This document shows, piece by piece, positions 36,375 to 45,950 of a stretch of 64,000 nt of DNA. The first letter of the stretch is position 1; each line of letters begins with the position of its first letter. The stretch lies in contig JAKSOR010000001.1 in the NCBI GenBank assembly GCA_024405515.1, positions 24,235-88,234 of the forward strand. The letters run 5' to 3'. This stretch comes from Clostridia bacterium. Its GTDB lineage: Bacteria > Bacillota > Clostridia > Christensenellales > CAG-917. The notes under the pieces were generated by a model. The model was not told where the DNA came from. It saw only the letters and a program-made list of their open reading frames with translations, and did not search any database. The translations under genes and the position numbers were made by a program.

Positions 36375-37459
36375 AAGTCAGTGAAGGAATGTTAAATAAA
36401 CTCAATAAGATAGAGGAACGCTGCAACGAAGTAGGCGAGCTTTTGTCAAAACCTGAAATAATTGCCGATCAGCAGCAGTTCAAGGCACTCGGAAAAGAAC
36501 ATTCCGACCTTACTCCTATTGTTGAAATTTATCAGCGCTATAAGAAGCACCGTCAGGATTTTGATGACTGTGAGGAGATGCTGACTGTTGAGGAAGATCA
36601 GGAATTAAGGAATATGATTAAGCAGGAAATGGATGATTTAAGGGATGCCCTTGACCAGGATGCTTCCGATCTTAAAATAGCCATGCTTCCTAAAGACCCT
36701 AACGATGACAATAACGTAATCATAGAAATAAGAGGCGGAGCCGGTGGCGATGAAGCAGCACTTTTCGGTACTGAGCTTATGAAAATGTACCGTCACTATG
36801 CAGATCTTAACAGATGGAAAGTCGAAGAAATCAATATGAACTACACTGAACTCGGCGGCGCAAAGGAATTAACTTTCATGATTTCCGGTAAAGGCGCATA
36901 CGGAAAACTCAAATTCGAAAGCGGAGTTCACAGAGTACAGAGAGTGCCGGAGACGGAATCACAGGGAAGAGTACATACCTCAACGGCAACCGTAGCAGTT
37001 CTTCCTGAGGCGGAAAACGTTCAGATTGAAATCAATGAAAACGACCTTAAGATAGATACATATCGTTCATCAGGAGCAGGCGGACAGCATGTTAATAAGA
37101 CAGAAAGTGCTATCCGTATGACACATATTCCAACAGGAATCGTGGTAGAATGCCAGGATGAAAGATCCCAGATTAAGAACAGGGAAAAAGCAATGATAGT
37201 AATGAAGTCCAGACTCTATGATTATTATCAGAGTCAGGCAGATAAGGAATATGCCGAAAACAGAAGGGCCCAGATAGGCACCGGAGACAGAAGCGAAAGA
37301 ATAAGAACATATAACTTCCCACAGGGAAGAGTAACAGACCACAGAATCGGGTTCACAATTTACTCAATTGAGAAATTTATGCTCGGTGATATGGATGAAA
37401 TGATTTCAGCACTGCAGATAGCAGTTCAGAATAAAATGCTTGAAAACGTAGAAGATTAG
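36371..37459 (+). CDS. prfA: Peptide chain release factor 1
   Basis: 362 aa; [17 protein letters not shown] (PxT motif); GGQ (SGAGGQHVN); ATGA overlap with the prmC stop. Confidence 0.95.
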   Translation: MKVSEGMLNKLNKIEERCNEVGELLSKPEIIADQQQFKALGKEHSDLTPIVEIYQRYKKHRQDFDDCEEMLTVEEDQELRNMIKQEMDDLRDALDQDASDLKIAMLPKDPNDDNNVIIEIRGGAGGDEAALFGTELMKMYRHYADLNRWKVEEINMNYTELGGAKELTFMISGKGAYGKLKFESGVHRVQRVPETESQGRVHTSTATVAVLPEAENVQIEINENDLKIDTYRSSGAGGQHVNKTESAIRMTHIPTGIVVECQDERSQIKNREKAMIVMKSRLYDYYQSQADKEYAENRRAQIGTGDRSERIRTYNFPQGRVTDHRIGFTIYSIEKFMLGDMDEMISALQIAVQNKMLENVED

Positions 37460-37470
37460 GAGGCGGATTT

Positions 37471-38874
37471 ATGATAGTTAAATATAACAGCAAACTTCAT
37501 ATAATTACGGAGCACAATTACAAGCCTTCTCTGCAAGAGGTTGCAAACCCGAACTTACACAGAGACCTGTTCTCATATGGTCAGATACCAAAAGTCGCAT
37601 TCAATATGCGTCATGTTCCTGTAGAGGTCCCGAAGGAAATATTTATTTCTGATACGACCTTCAGAGACGGACAGCAGGCAATAGAACCGTTCTCTGTCGA
37701 AAACATTGTAGATCTTTATAAACTCATTCACAGGCTCGGTGGCCCGAACGGAATCATCAGACAGAGTGAGTTCTTCCTCTATAGCGACAAAGACAAAAAG
37801 GCTGTGGAAAAGTGTCTCGATCTTGGTTATGAATTTCCTAAAGTAACAAGCTGGATCCGTGCAAACGAAAAAGATTTTCAGTTGGTTAAGGATTTCGGAA
37901 TCAAGGAGACCGGTATTCTTGTAAGCTGCTCTGATTATCACATCTTCAAAAAGATGAATCTTACCCGTCAGCAGGCTATGGATAAATATCTTGCCATAGT
38001 TAAAATGGCTCTTGACAGAGGCATTGTTCCTCGTTGCCATTTTGAGGATATAACAAGAGCTGATTATTTCGGATTTGTTGTTCCGTTTGCTATTGAACTT
38101 ATGAAGCTCTCACGTGAAAGCGGAATTCCTATTAAAATCCGTGCATGTGACACAATGGGATACGGCGTATCTTATCCTGGTACATCTCTTCCTAGAAGCG
38201 TACAGGGTATCATTTACGGTTTCAGATATTATGCAGAAGTCCCGTCCGAACAGCTTGAGTGGCACGGCCATAATGATTTCTATAAGGCAGTAACAAACTC
38301 AGCAACAGCATGGCTTTACGGATGTTCAACCATTAACACAACTCTTCTCGGAATTGGAGAAAGAACCGGTAATACTCCTCTTGAGGCAATGTGTATCGAA
38401 TATGCATCATTAAGAGGCACAACAAACGGAATGGACCTTACTGCTATTACTGATATTGCCGATTACTTCACAAATGAAATCGGATATAATATTCCTCCTC
38501 AGACTCCGTTTGTGGGAAACAACTTTAATGTGACAAAAGCAGGTATTCATGCAGATGGTCTTTTAAAGGATCAGGAAATCTATAATATCTTCGATACAGG
38601 AAAGATTTTAAACCGTCCTCCGAGGGTAATTGTTGATGCATTCTCAGGAAACGCAGGAATTACATTCTGGATCAACAGTTATTATAAGCTTCCTACTGAG
38701 GAGAAAATCGATAAGAGTGCAGCCATCATTTCAAAGATTAAAGAACTTGTTGATAAAGAATATGCAGAAGGCAGAACAACTTCCATCTCAGATAAAGAAC
38801 TTGATTCAATGCTTGCAACTCTTGATCCTGCACTCTATGCAAAGTGCTGCAGTTATCTCACAAAGAAGCACTAA
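37471..38874 (+). CDS. HMGL-like (DRE-TIM) acyl-CoA:2-oxoacid condensing enzyme; homocitrate / Re-citrate synthase-like
   Basis: 467 aa; DTTFRDGQQA after a 60-aa N-terminal extension; WHGHNDF motif; no LeuA regulatory domain. Confidence 0.6.
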   Translation: MIVKYNSKLHIITEHNYKPSLQEVANPNLHRDLFSYGQIPKVAFNMRHVPVEVPKEIFISDTTFRDGQQAIEPFSVENIVDLYKLIHRLGGPNGIIRQSEFFLYSDKDKKAVEKCLDLGYEFPKVTSWIRANEKDFQLVKDFGIKETGILVSCSDYHIFKKMNLTRQQAMDKYLAIVKMALDRGIVPRCHFEDITRADYFGFVVPFAIELMKLSRESGIPIKIRACDTMGYGVSYPGTSLPRSVQGIIYGFRYYAEVPSEQLEWHGHNDFYKAVTNSATAWLYGCSTINTTLLGIGERTGNTPLEAMCIEYASLRGTTNGMDLTAITDIADYFTNEIGYNIPPQTPFVGNNFNVTKAGIHADGLLKDQEIYNIFDTGKILNRPPRVIVDAFSGNAGITFWINSYYKLPTEEKIDKSAAIISKIKELVDKEYAEGRTTSISDKELDSMLATLDPALYAKCCSYLTKKH

Positions 38875-38932
38875 GGGATTTGGGTATTGAAAACTCCCGA
38901 TATATTTTATAAAATATATACGGAGGCGCTAT

Positions 38933-39358
38933 ATGATTAAATTAATTACCGGAGCAAAAGGAACAGGCAAAACAAAAATAATCATTGACATGGCAAACGA
39001 CAATGTTGAAACAGCCAAAGGCGATATAGTTTTCATTACCGACACAGACAAATACAAGTTCTCTCTGCGTTATCAGATAAGACTTATCAATGTTGAGCTG
39101 CTTAAAAAAGACGGCGTCACAAGCGAAGATGCTCTCATAGGTTTCATTAAGGGAGTTCTCGCAGGAAACCATGATATTGAGACACTCTATATTGACGGCG
39201 CACACAGAATACTTAACAAACCTGTAAAGGAAATGGAAGACTTCTTCAATGATATTTACGATACGGCGATGACAACGGATACAAAGTTTGTTCTTACCGT
39301 AAGTGAAAATGAAGAAAACTTCCCTGAATTTTTAAAAAAATATAAGGCAAACGTATGA
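38933..39358 (+). CDS. Small P-loop NTPase-like protein of unknown function (141 aa)
   Basis: Walker A GAKGTGKT at residues 7-14. Possible Walker B LYIDGA. The stop overlaps the thrC start (ATGA). Confidence 0.6.
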   Translation: MIKLITGAKGTGKTKIIIDMANDNVETAKGDIVFITDTDKYKFSLRYQIRLINVELLKKDGVTSEDALIGFIKGVLAGNHDIETLYIDGAHRILNKPVKEMEDFFNDIYDTAMTTDTKFVLTVSENEENFPEFLKKYKANV

Positions 39359-40827
39359 AATTTGTAAGCACCAGAAATGCCAAGCTGGAACTTAGCGGCA
39401 GCGAGGCAATTGTAAAAGGTATTTCAGATGACGGCGGACTTTTTGTTCCGTCGTCTTTCCCTAAAATAGACAGTGCTCTTATGCAGCAGCTTCTTGAGAT
39501 GAGTTATGAGGAAAGAGCTGCAAAGATACTGTCAATGTATCTTGATGATTTCTCATATGAGGAACTTCTGGAATATACAACGAGAGCATACTCCCGTTTC
39601 GACGGAGATCCGGCACCGGTTGTTAAAATCGAGGACGGACTTTTCATGCTTGAACTCTGGCATGGTCCGACATGTGCTTTTAAGGACATGGCTCTTACAT
39701 TGCTCCCGTATCTTCTTGTCGCCAGCAAATTAAAACTCGGGAAAAAGGAAAAAACCTTAATTCTTGTGGCAACCAGCGGAGATACAGGAAAGGCAGCACT
39801 TGAAGGATTCAAGGACGTGGACGGTACTGAAATCATAGTATTCTACCCGGGAACCGGAGTCAGCGCAATGCAGAGAAAGCAGATGGTTACCCAGGAAGGC
39901 AATAATGTCCATGTAGCAGGTATTGTCGGGAATTTTGACGATGCACAGACATCAGTTAAGAAGATTTTCAATGACAGTGAAGTGAAGGAATATCTTGCTT
40001 CAAAGGGCGTTGCTATGTCTTCTGCAAACTCTATTAATTTCGGAAGACTTGCACCTCAGATTGCATATTACATTTCATCTTACCTTGATCTTGTCAACAG
40101 CGGCGAGATAAAAATGGGAGACAAAGTGAATTTTGTAGTGCCTACAGGAAACTTCGGAAATATTCTTGCAGGTTATTATGCGGAAAGAATGGGTCTCCCT
40201 GTAAATAAATTAATCATTGCATCAAATGCAAATAACATATTAACAGATTTCTTTAATACAGGAATCTACGATGTAAACAGAGACTTTTATAAGACGGCAT
40301 CACCTTCCATGGATATTCTTGTTTCATCAAATCTTGAGAGATTCATATTCGAAATTCTCGGAAGGGATTCTGAAAAGGTTAAGTCACTTTATGACAGTCT
40401 TAAGGCTACTGGGAAATTTGAGATAGATCAGAAACTTCTCGATGATTCAATATTCGTGGCAGGCTGGGCAGATGAAGAAGAAACAAAGGATGCAATCAAC
40501 ACTTTCTTTGATATAGATGACTATATCATGGATACTCATACCGCTGTAGGTGCTAGTGTATATAATGATTATTCATGTGAACTTGAAGATGAAACACCTA
40601 CCATCATTGTATCAACAGCATCACCTTATAAGTTCGCTCCGGATGTTCTTGCTGCAATCGGCGGTAAGGAAAAGGACCCGTTCAAAGCACTCTCAAAACT
40701 TCAGAATGCTACGGCGCTTGAGTGCCCTGAAAACTTACTCTTCCTTAAGGACAAAGAAGAAAAGCACACACTGGTTATAGACAGAACAGAAACAAAACAG
40801 GCTGTTTATGACTTCATTAATAAATAA
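39355..40827 (+). CDS. thrC: Threonine synthase (long form)
   Basis: 490 aa; PLP-lysine motif PTCAFKDMAL; ATSGDTGKAA. Confidence 0.9.
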   Translation: MKFVSTRNAKLELSGSEAIVKGISDDGGLFVPSSFPKIDSALMQQLLEMSYEERAAKILSMYLDDFSYEELLEYTTRAYSRFDGDPAPVVKIEDGLFMLELWHGPTCAFKDMALTLLPYLLVASKLKLGKKEKTLILVATSGDTGKAALEGFKDVDGTEIIVFYPGTGVSAMQRKQMVTQEGNNVHVAGIVGNFDDAQTSVKKIFNDSEVKEYLASKGVAMSSANSINFGRLAPQIAYYISSYLDLVNSGEIKMGDKVNFVVPTGNFGNILAGYYAERMGLPVNKLIIASNANNILTDFFNTGIYDVNRDFYKTASPSMDILVSSNLERFIFEILGRDSEKVKSLYDSLKATGKFEIDQKLLDDSIFVAGWADEEETKDAINTFFDIDDYIMDTHTAVGASVYNDYSCELEDETPTIIVSTASPYKFAPDVLAAIGGKEKDPFKALSKLQNATALECPENLLFLKDKEEKHTLVIDRTETKQAVYDFINK

Positions 40828-40855
40828 CAGATAATTACGCAACACGAGGTTTAAT

Positions 40856-41878
40856 ATGGCAGAATTAACAAATGAAACAGAGAAATCAGCAAAAAAAGTA
40901 TGTTTGAGTGGCATTCAGCCAACCGGAACAGTAACGCTCGGGAATTACCTTGGCGCAGTTCAGAACTGGCAGAATATGCAGAACGATTTTAATTCAATTT
41001 TCTTTATTGCCGATCTTCACGCATTAACAGTAAGACGTGATCCGTCTGAGCTCAAACAGACATCTCTTTCATTTTTTGCTCAGTTACTTGCATGCGGAAT
41101 CAATCCTGAAAAATCAATGTTATATTTCCAGTCACAGGTTCATGAGCACGCAGAACTCGCATGGATTCTGAACTGTAATACATATGTCGGTGAGACATCA
41201 AGAATGACTCAGTTTAAGGACAAGTCAGCAAAACATGCTGACAATATCAATATGGGACTTATGGATTATCCTGTACTCATGGCAGCTGATATACTTCTCT
41301 TCCAGTCTGACCTCGTACCGGTAGGAATTGACCAGAAGCAGCACCTTGAACTTACAAGGGACATTGCAATCAGATTCAATAATCTTTACGGCGAAACATT
41401 TAAGGTACCGGAAGGATACATCCCGCCGATGGGTGCAAAAATCTGCTCACTCCAGGACCCGACTGTCAAAATGTCAAAATCTGACCCGAATCCGAAAGCA
41501 ACAATATCAGTAATAGAGGATGAGGCTTCAATCATTAAGAAATTCAAGAGTGCAGTTACGGACAGCGGAAGTGAAATCGTAATGAGAGAAGACAAACCTG
41601 GTGTTTCAAACCTTATTACAATTTATGCTGCTATCGAAGGAAAAACACCTGCACAGGTAGAGGCAGAATTTGCAGGACAGGGATACGGAACGTTCAAACT
41701 CGCAGTAGGCGAGGCAGTTGCTGCTAAATTCAAACCTATTAAAGAAGATTATGAAAGACTTCTGAAGGATAAGACTTTCATTGAGAACACTGCAAAAGGC
41801 GGTGCCGAATATGCAAGTTATATTGCCCAGAAGACACTTAAGAAAGTTAAGAAGAAAGTCGGTCTTATTTCATTTTAA
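40856..41878 (+). CDS. trpS: Tryptophan--tRNA ligase
   Basis: 340 aa; class I motifs GIQPTGTVTLGNYLG and KMSKS. Confidence 0.93.
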   Translation: MAELTNETEKSAKKVCLSGIQPTGTVTLGNYLGAVQNWQNMQNDFNSIFFIADLHALTVRRDPSELKQTSLSFFAQLLACGINPEKSMLYFQSQVHEHAELAWILNCNTYVGETSRMTQFKDKSAKHADNINMGLMDYPVLMAADILLFQSDLVPVGIDQKQHLELTRDIAIRFNNLYGETFKVPEGYIPPMGAKICSLQDPTVKMSKSDPNPKATISVIEDEASIIKKFKSAVTDSGSEIVMREDKPGVSNLITIYAAIEGKTPAQVEAEFAGQGYGTFKLAVGEAVAAKFKPIKEDYERLLKDKTFIENTAKGGAEYASYIAQKTLKKVKKKVGLISF

Positions 41879-41912
41879 TCTGTCTTTAAGGAAAATCAGT
41901 TAGAATCAGTCT

Positions 41913-42773
41913 ATGTTCGGATACGTTATACCTGATAAGAACAATATGTACATAAAAGACTATAATGTCTTTACGGCATTTTACTGTGGTTTATGTAAGA
42001 CACTTGGGAAGACGGGAAGTGAACTTTCAAGACTGTGTGCTAACTATGATATGACTTTTTACAGCGTGCTTCTTCATTCAATAAAAGGTGAGGAAGTTAA
42101 ATTTGAAAAGAAAAGATGCTTTTACAGCAATAAGAAAAAAGTTGTTGTGACTGCAGATGAACTTTCAAGAAAAATAGCAGATCTTGCTGTAATGTATGTT
42201 TATTACAATGCAGAGGATGATGTCCAGGACGGGAAGAAATCCAGATGGTTTATCAAAAACGGTCTGAGCTCCAGAAAAAGAAGAGCAGCAAGAAGACTTC
42301 CTGAAATAGACAGTATGATGAAAAAGCAGTTTTCCGAACTTTATAAACTGGAAAAGGAAAACTGTGACAGCATCGACAGAGTTGCAGACTGTTTTGCATC
42401 TCTGATGAGGGACATAACAAAGCAGCTTGTTGAAACCGATTACAATATAGATACGTTCACTTATAATCTCGGGCGAATTGTTTATCTTATGGATGCGGTT
42501 GATGATGTCGAAAAAGACTCAAAGGAAGGAAGATTTAATCCGCTTATCCTTAATTACGGTAAGTGTGATAATAAAAAAGAGTACTTAGAGAAAAACAGCG
42601 AAGAACTCAGATTTCTGTTGTATTCAACATACAATAAAATGGTGGGAGCCTATGATGAGATGAATATAGTTCTTGCCGAGGGAGTTCTTTCTAATACCAT
42701 CTATCTCGGAATCAAGATGCAGATGGACAGATTACTTAATGGAGAGGAAAAATGTCAGTTAACCCGTTTGTGA
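41913..42773 (+). CDS. Conserved hypothetical protein with N-terminal MFGYV...YCGLC motif (DUF5685-like, from memory)
   Basis: 286 aa, soluble; conserved-looking N-terminus MFGYVIPDKNNMYIKDYNVFTAFYCGLCKTLGK. Confidence 0.55.
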   Translation: MFGYVIPDKNNMYIKDYNVFTAFYCGLCKTLGKTGSELSRLCANYDMTFYSVLLHSIKGEEVKFEKKRCFYSNKKKVVVTADELSRKIADLAVMYVYYNAEDDVQDGKKSRWFIKNGLSSRKRRAARRLPEIDSMMKKQFSELYKLEKENCDSIDRVADCFASLMRDITKQLVETDYNIDTFTYNLGRIVYLMDAVDDVEKDSKEGRFNPLILNYGKCDNKKEYLEKNSEELRFLLYSTYNKMVGAYDEMNIVLAEGVLSNTIYLGIKMQMDRLLNGEEKCQLTRL

Positions 42774-43411
42774 TTTTAGGAATACCACAAAGTGCAACGC
42801 AGGATGAAATCCGCAGTGCCTATGAGACTAAAAAAGCATATTATCAGGAGCATATTTTCGATGACGGAGAGGCAGGTGCCGAAGCAGCACATAATCTTCA
42901 GCTTGTCGAAACTGCCTATCAGCAGGCTATGGAATTTGTCCAGGCACAGGCAAGTGTTTCCGGTCAGGGCAATTCCGCTTTTGAACAGGTAAAGGAATAT
43001 CTCAAAAACAAGGAACCTGATGCAGCACAGAAAGCACTTGATGAAATAACATACAGAGGTGCTGAGTGGCATTATTTCCAGAGTATTATTTTCTACGAGA
43101 AAAACTGGCTCTCAGACAGCAAAAAACAGCTCGAGATGTGCGTTGAACTGGACCCTGGAAATGAAAAGTATACTAGGGCATTGGAAAATGTTAAGAAAAA
43201 AATAGATGGTTCACGTCCGTTCCAGGGAAGTGAACAGTCCGGAACGGACGGGGGCACTGCACAGAAGAGAAAGGCTACAAACAGGACCTATTCCCAGGAC
43301 CAGTCAGTAGGGCAGGATGCAGGTGATGCCTGCTGTAATGCATGCAGTACACTTATTTGTGCTGACTGCTGCTGTGAATGCTGTGGTTTTGATCTGATAC
43401 CTTGTTGCTGA
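42752..43411 (+). CDS. J-like domain (no HPD) / TPR-like protein with poly-cysteine C-terminus
   Basis: ATG behind GGAGAGG lies 22 nt inside the preceding gene. N-terminus NPFVILGIPQSATQDEIRSAYETKKAYYQEH resembles J-domain helices I-II but lacks HPD. The last 28 aa contain 11 Cys. Confidence 0.65.
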   Translation: MSVNPFVILGIPQSATQDEIRSAYETKKAYYQEHIFDDGEAGAEAAHNLQLVETAYQQAMEFVQAQASVSGQGNSAFEQVKEYLKNKEPDAAQKALDEITYRGAEWHYFQSIIFYEKNWLSDSKKQLEMCVELDPGNEKYTRALENVKKKIDGSRPFQGSEQSGTDGGTAQKRKATNRTYSQDQSVGQDAGDACCNACSTLICADCCCECCGFDLIPCC

Positions 43412-43415
43412 TATA

Positions 43416-44030
43416 ATGAAAAAACCAAGCCGTCAGGATGCAACATATTCAGTAGCACTTGCGGGAATATCTGCAGGTCTTGCACTTTTGTTTGTCTGGC
43501 TCGGAGTAATAGTCAGATACAGTACAATTGCATTCTTTGTGGCAGCTTCTCTTGCCATTATGATCCCGATGACAAAAAGATATTATATTGCATCTTTAAT
43601 CGCCTACGGAATATCCGCAGGTCTTTCTTTTGTTATAACCGGGGACATAATAACTGTTATAGGATATATTCTTTATTTTGGCCCAATCGGACTTTTATCT
43701 GCCTTTTTTATCAATATAAAACTCAGATGGTGGATTCAGCTGATAATAAAGCTTGTGTTTATCAATGGTATTCTTGCCATACTTTATTATCTTTTCGGAG
43801 CGCTTGATATTGAACTCGGATCACTTAATGTGGAGTTCTGGATGGTTGTTCTTGTCGGTTCTCCTGTACTCATTGCAATAGATTATGTAATACAACTTGC
43901 ATACAGGAAAATAGCCCAGATTATGCTTAAAGTACTGAGAGAAAAATCCACCAAGATTGTTATTTCTGAAGATAATAAGGATGAAGAAGATGAAGTTCAG
44001 GATCCGTTTGACGGAACATTCGGAGAGTAA
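43416..44030 (+). CDS. Integral membrane protein of unknown function with an acidic C-terminal tail
   Basis: 204 aa, about 5-6 TM segments. Tail is EDNKDEEDEVQDPFDGTFGE. Starts 4 nt after the preceding stop. Confidence 0.6.
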   Translation: MKKPSRQDATYSVALAGISAGLALLFVWLGVIVRYSTIAFFVAASLAIMIPMTKRYYIASLIAYGISAGLSFVITGDIITVIGYILYFGPIGLLSAFFINIKLRWWIQLIIKLVFINGILAILYYLFGALDIELGSLNVEFWMVVLVGSPVLIAIDYVIQLAYRKIAQIMLKVLREKSTKIVISEDNKDEEDEVQDPFDGTFGE

Positions 44031-44032
44031 AC

Positions 44033-45829
44033 ATGCCGGTAGATTTTAAAGAGAAATTAAAAGATGTGCCTTCAAGTCCCGGTGTCTATCTTATGCTCGA
44101 TAAGGACGGGACCGTTATTTATGTAGGTAAGGCAAAAGTCCTTAAAAACCGTCTTAAAAATTATTTTCAGAATTCAGAAAAGAGAATCAATGCTCTTGCA
44201 ATGCTTAATCACGTGGAGGATTTCAGATACATTATCTGCCAGAGCGAGACAGATGCTCTTCTGACCGAAAACAATCTGATTAAAAAGTATTCACCTAAAT
44301 ACAACATCCTTCTTAAGGATGATAAATCATACCCGTTTTTAAGAATAGATCTTAAAGAAAAGTATCCTGATATACGCCTTGTAAGGAAATTAAAAGATGA
44401 TGGCGCAAGGTATTTCGGCCCATATATGCAGAGCGTGAACATAAGGGATATATTTGACCTTATTCATACAGCATTCAAAGTAAGGGACTGTAAGAGAGAT
44501 CTCAGTTCACCGTCAAGGCCGTGTCTTAATATGCATCTTGATAAGTGTCTTGCCCCGTGCAGCGGAAATGTCAGCGAGGAAGAATACAGAAAAGAGATAG
44601 ACAAAGTAATTGAGTTCCTGAAAGGCAAGGACAGCGATGTGGAAACCATTCTCCGTGAAAGGATGACTCATTTTGCTGCTGAGGAGAACTATGAGGTCGC
44701 ATTAACCTACAGGAACAAACTGGAACTTTTAGACAAACTTGTAAGGAAGCAGGTAAGTTCACTTCCTCAGGATTATAATCTTGATATTTTTGCCCTTGAG
44801 ACGAACGGAATTATTTCGGCAGTAAATATGCTTAATGTCCGCGGAGGCAAACTGGTGGGTAGTGAAAACTTCACAATGAACTGTTTCGGCGAAGATATAA
44901 GCAGTTATATTTATCAGTTTTATGAGAATAATCCACCTCTCTGTGATGAAATAGTAACTGACGGAGTGGGTGACACTTCTTCACTTGAAGAAGCTATTAA
45001 TTCTCTTTCAGAGAAAAAAATCAGAGTCACAGTGCCTAAGCAGGGCACAAGAAAAACTCTTCTTGATACTGCTCATAAAAATGCTTATGATGCTGTAGTT
45101 AAGTACGGGACTCAGGAAGACAGAAAGGAACTCAGGACAAAGGGTGCGGTTTCCGAACTTCAGAAAATCCTTAATCTTAAATCACTTCCGTCAAGAATAG
45201 AATGCTACGATATATCCCATATTTCCGGAACTGACAAAGTGGCAAGTATGGTGGTGTTTGAGAACGGGGTTCCTAAAAAGTCACATTACAGAAAGTTTAA
45301 AATCAAGACAGTTGAAGGTAATAACGACTTTGCCTGTATGAAAGAGGTTCTTATAAGAAGACTCAGTAAATTTGATGATGAGGATGAGAGTTTTTCTTCT
45401 GTACCTGACCTTCTTTTAATAGATGGCGGTAAGGGACAGTTAACCTATGCGCTTGAGGCTCAGAAAGAAACCGGCTGTGAAAATATTGAGATATGTTCAC
45501 TTGCCGAAAGCGATGAAATAGTGTTCTTAGGAACTGATCCTAAAACCCCGGTATATATATCAAAAGACAATGTGGCGCTTCAGCTTATTCAGAGGGTCAG
45601 GGATGAAGCCCACAGATTTGCAATTACCTTCCACAGAAATCTCCGCTCAAAACACTTAAGCGAGACGAAACTCACCGAGATTCCGGGAGTAGGAAAGAAA
45701 ACTGCAATGAAACTTATAAAAGCATTCGGTTCTATTGAGGAAATTAAACATAAATCTGCCGAGGAAATAGCCGCGGTAGATGGAATTTCGCTGAATTTTG
45801 CTAAAAAATTGTTATCAGAATTAAAGTAG
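44033..45829 (+). CDS. uvrC: Excinuclease ABC subunit C
   Basis: 598 aa; GIY-YIG N-terminus (PGVYLMLDKDGTVIYVGKAKVLKNRL); C-terminal HhH. Confidence 0.95.
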   Translation: MPVDFKEKLKDVPSSPGVYLMLDKDGTVIYVGKAKVLKNRLKNYFQNSEKRINALAMLNHVEDFRYIICQSETDALLTENNLIKKYSPKYNILLKDDKSYPFLRIDLKEKYPDIRLVRKLKDDGARYFGPYMQSVNIRDIFDLIHTAFKVRDCKRDLSSPSRPCLNMHLDKCLAPCSGNVSEEEYRKEIDKVIEFLKGKDSDVETILRERMTHFAAEENYEVALTYRNKLELLDKLVRKQVSSLPQDYNLDIFALETNGIISAVNMLNVRGGKLVGSENFTMNCFGEDISSYIYQFYENNPPLCDEIVTDGVGDTSSLEEAINSLSEKKIRVTVPKQGTRKTLLDTAHKNAYDAVVKYGTQEDRKELRTKGAVSELQKILNLKSLPSRIECYDISHISGTDKVASMVVFENGVPKKSHYRKFKIKTVEGNNDFACMKEVLIRRLSKFDDEDESFSSVPDLLLIDGGKGQLTYALEAQKETGCENIEICSLAESDEIVFLGTDPKTPVYISKDNVALQLIQRVRDEAHRFAITFHRNLRSKHLSETKLTEIPGVGKKTAMKLIKAFGSIEEIKHKSAEEIAAVDGISLNFAKKLLSELK

Positions 45830-45853
45830 TATACAACATTTTGTATTAAGTAC

Positions 45854-45885
45854 AGCAGGATTAAAAATCCTGCTTACTTTTCCCG
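45854..45885 (+). terminator. Intrinsic terminator after uvrC
   Basis: AGCAGGATT (45854-45862) / AATCCTGCT (45866-45874), then TACTTTTCCCGTTTT. Confidence 0.7.
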
Positions 45886-45950
45886 TTTTAATTGAAAAAG
45901 AATATTATATATTGTATATTATTAATATGGGGTTTTTCCCGGAGGCAGTA

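Noticed and set aside
36371-37459. RF1 tripeptide reads PET rather than the textbook PAT/PVT.
   Set aside because: The motif is generally PxT with a variable middle residue. I cannot show from the sequence alone that Glu is unusual, so I did not report it as a finding.
40828-40855. Expected T-box leaders upstream of trpS and thrC.
   Set aside because: The intergenic gaps are only 28 nt (trpS) and 0 nt (thrC overlaps the upstream gene), so there is no room for a T-box.
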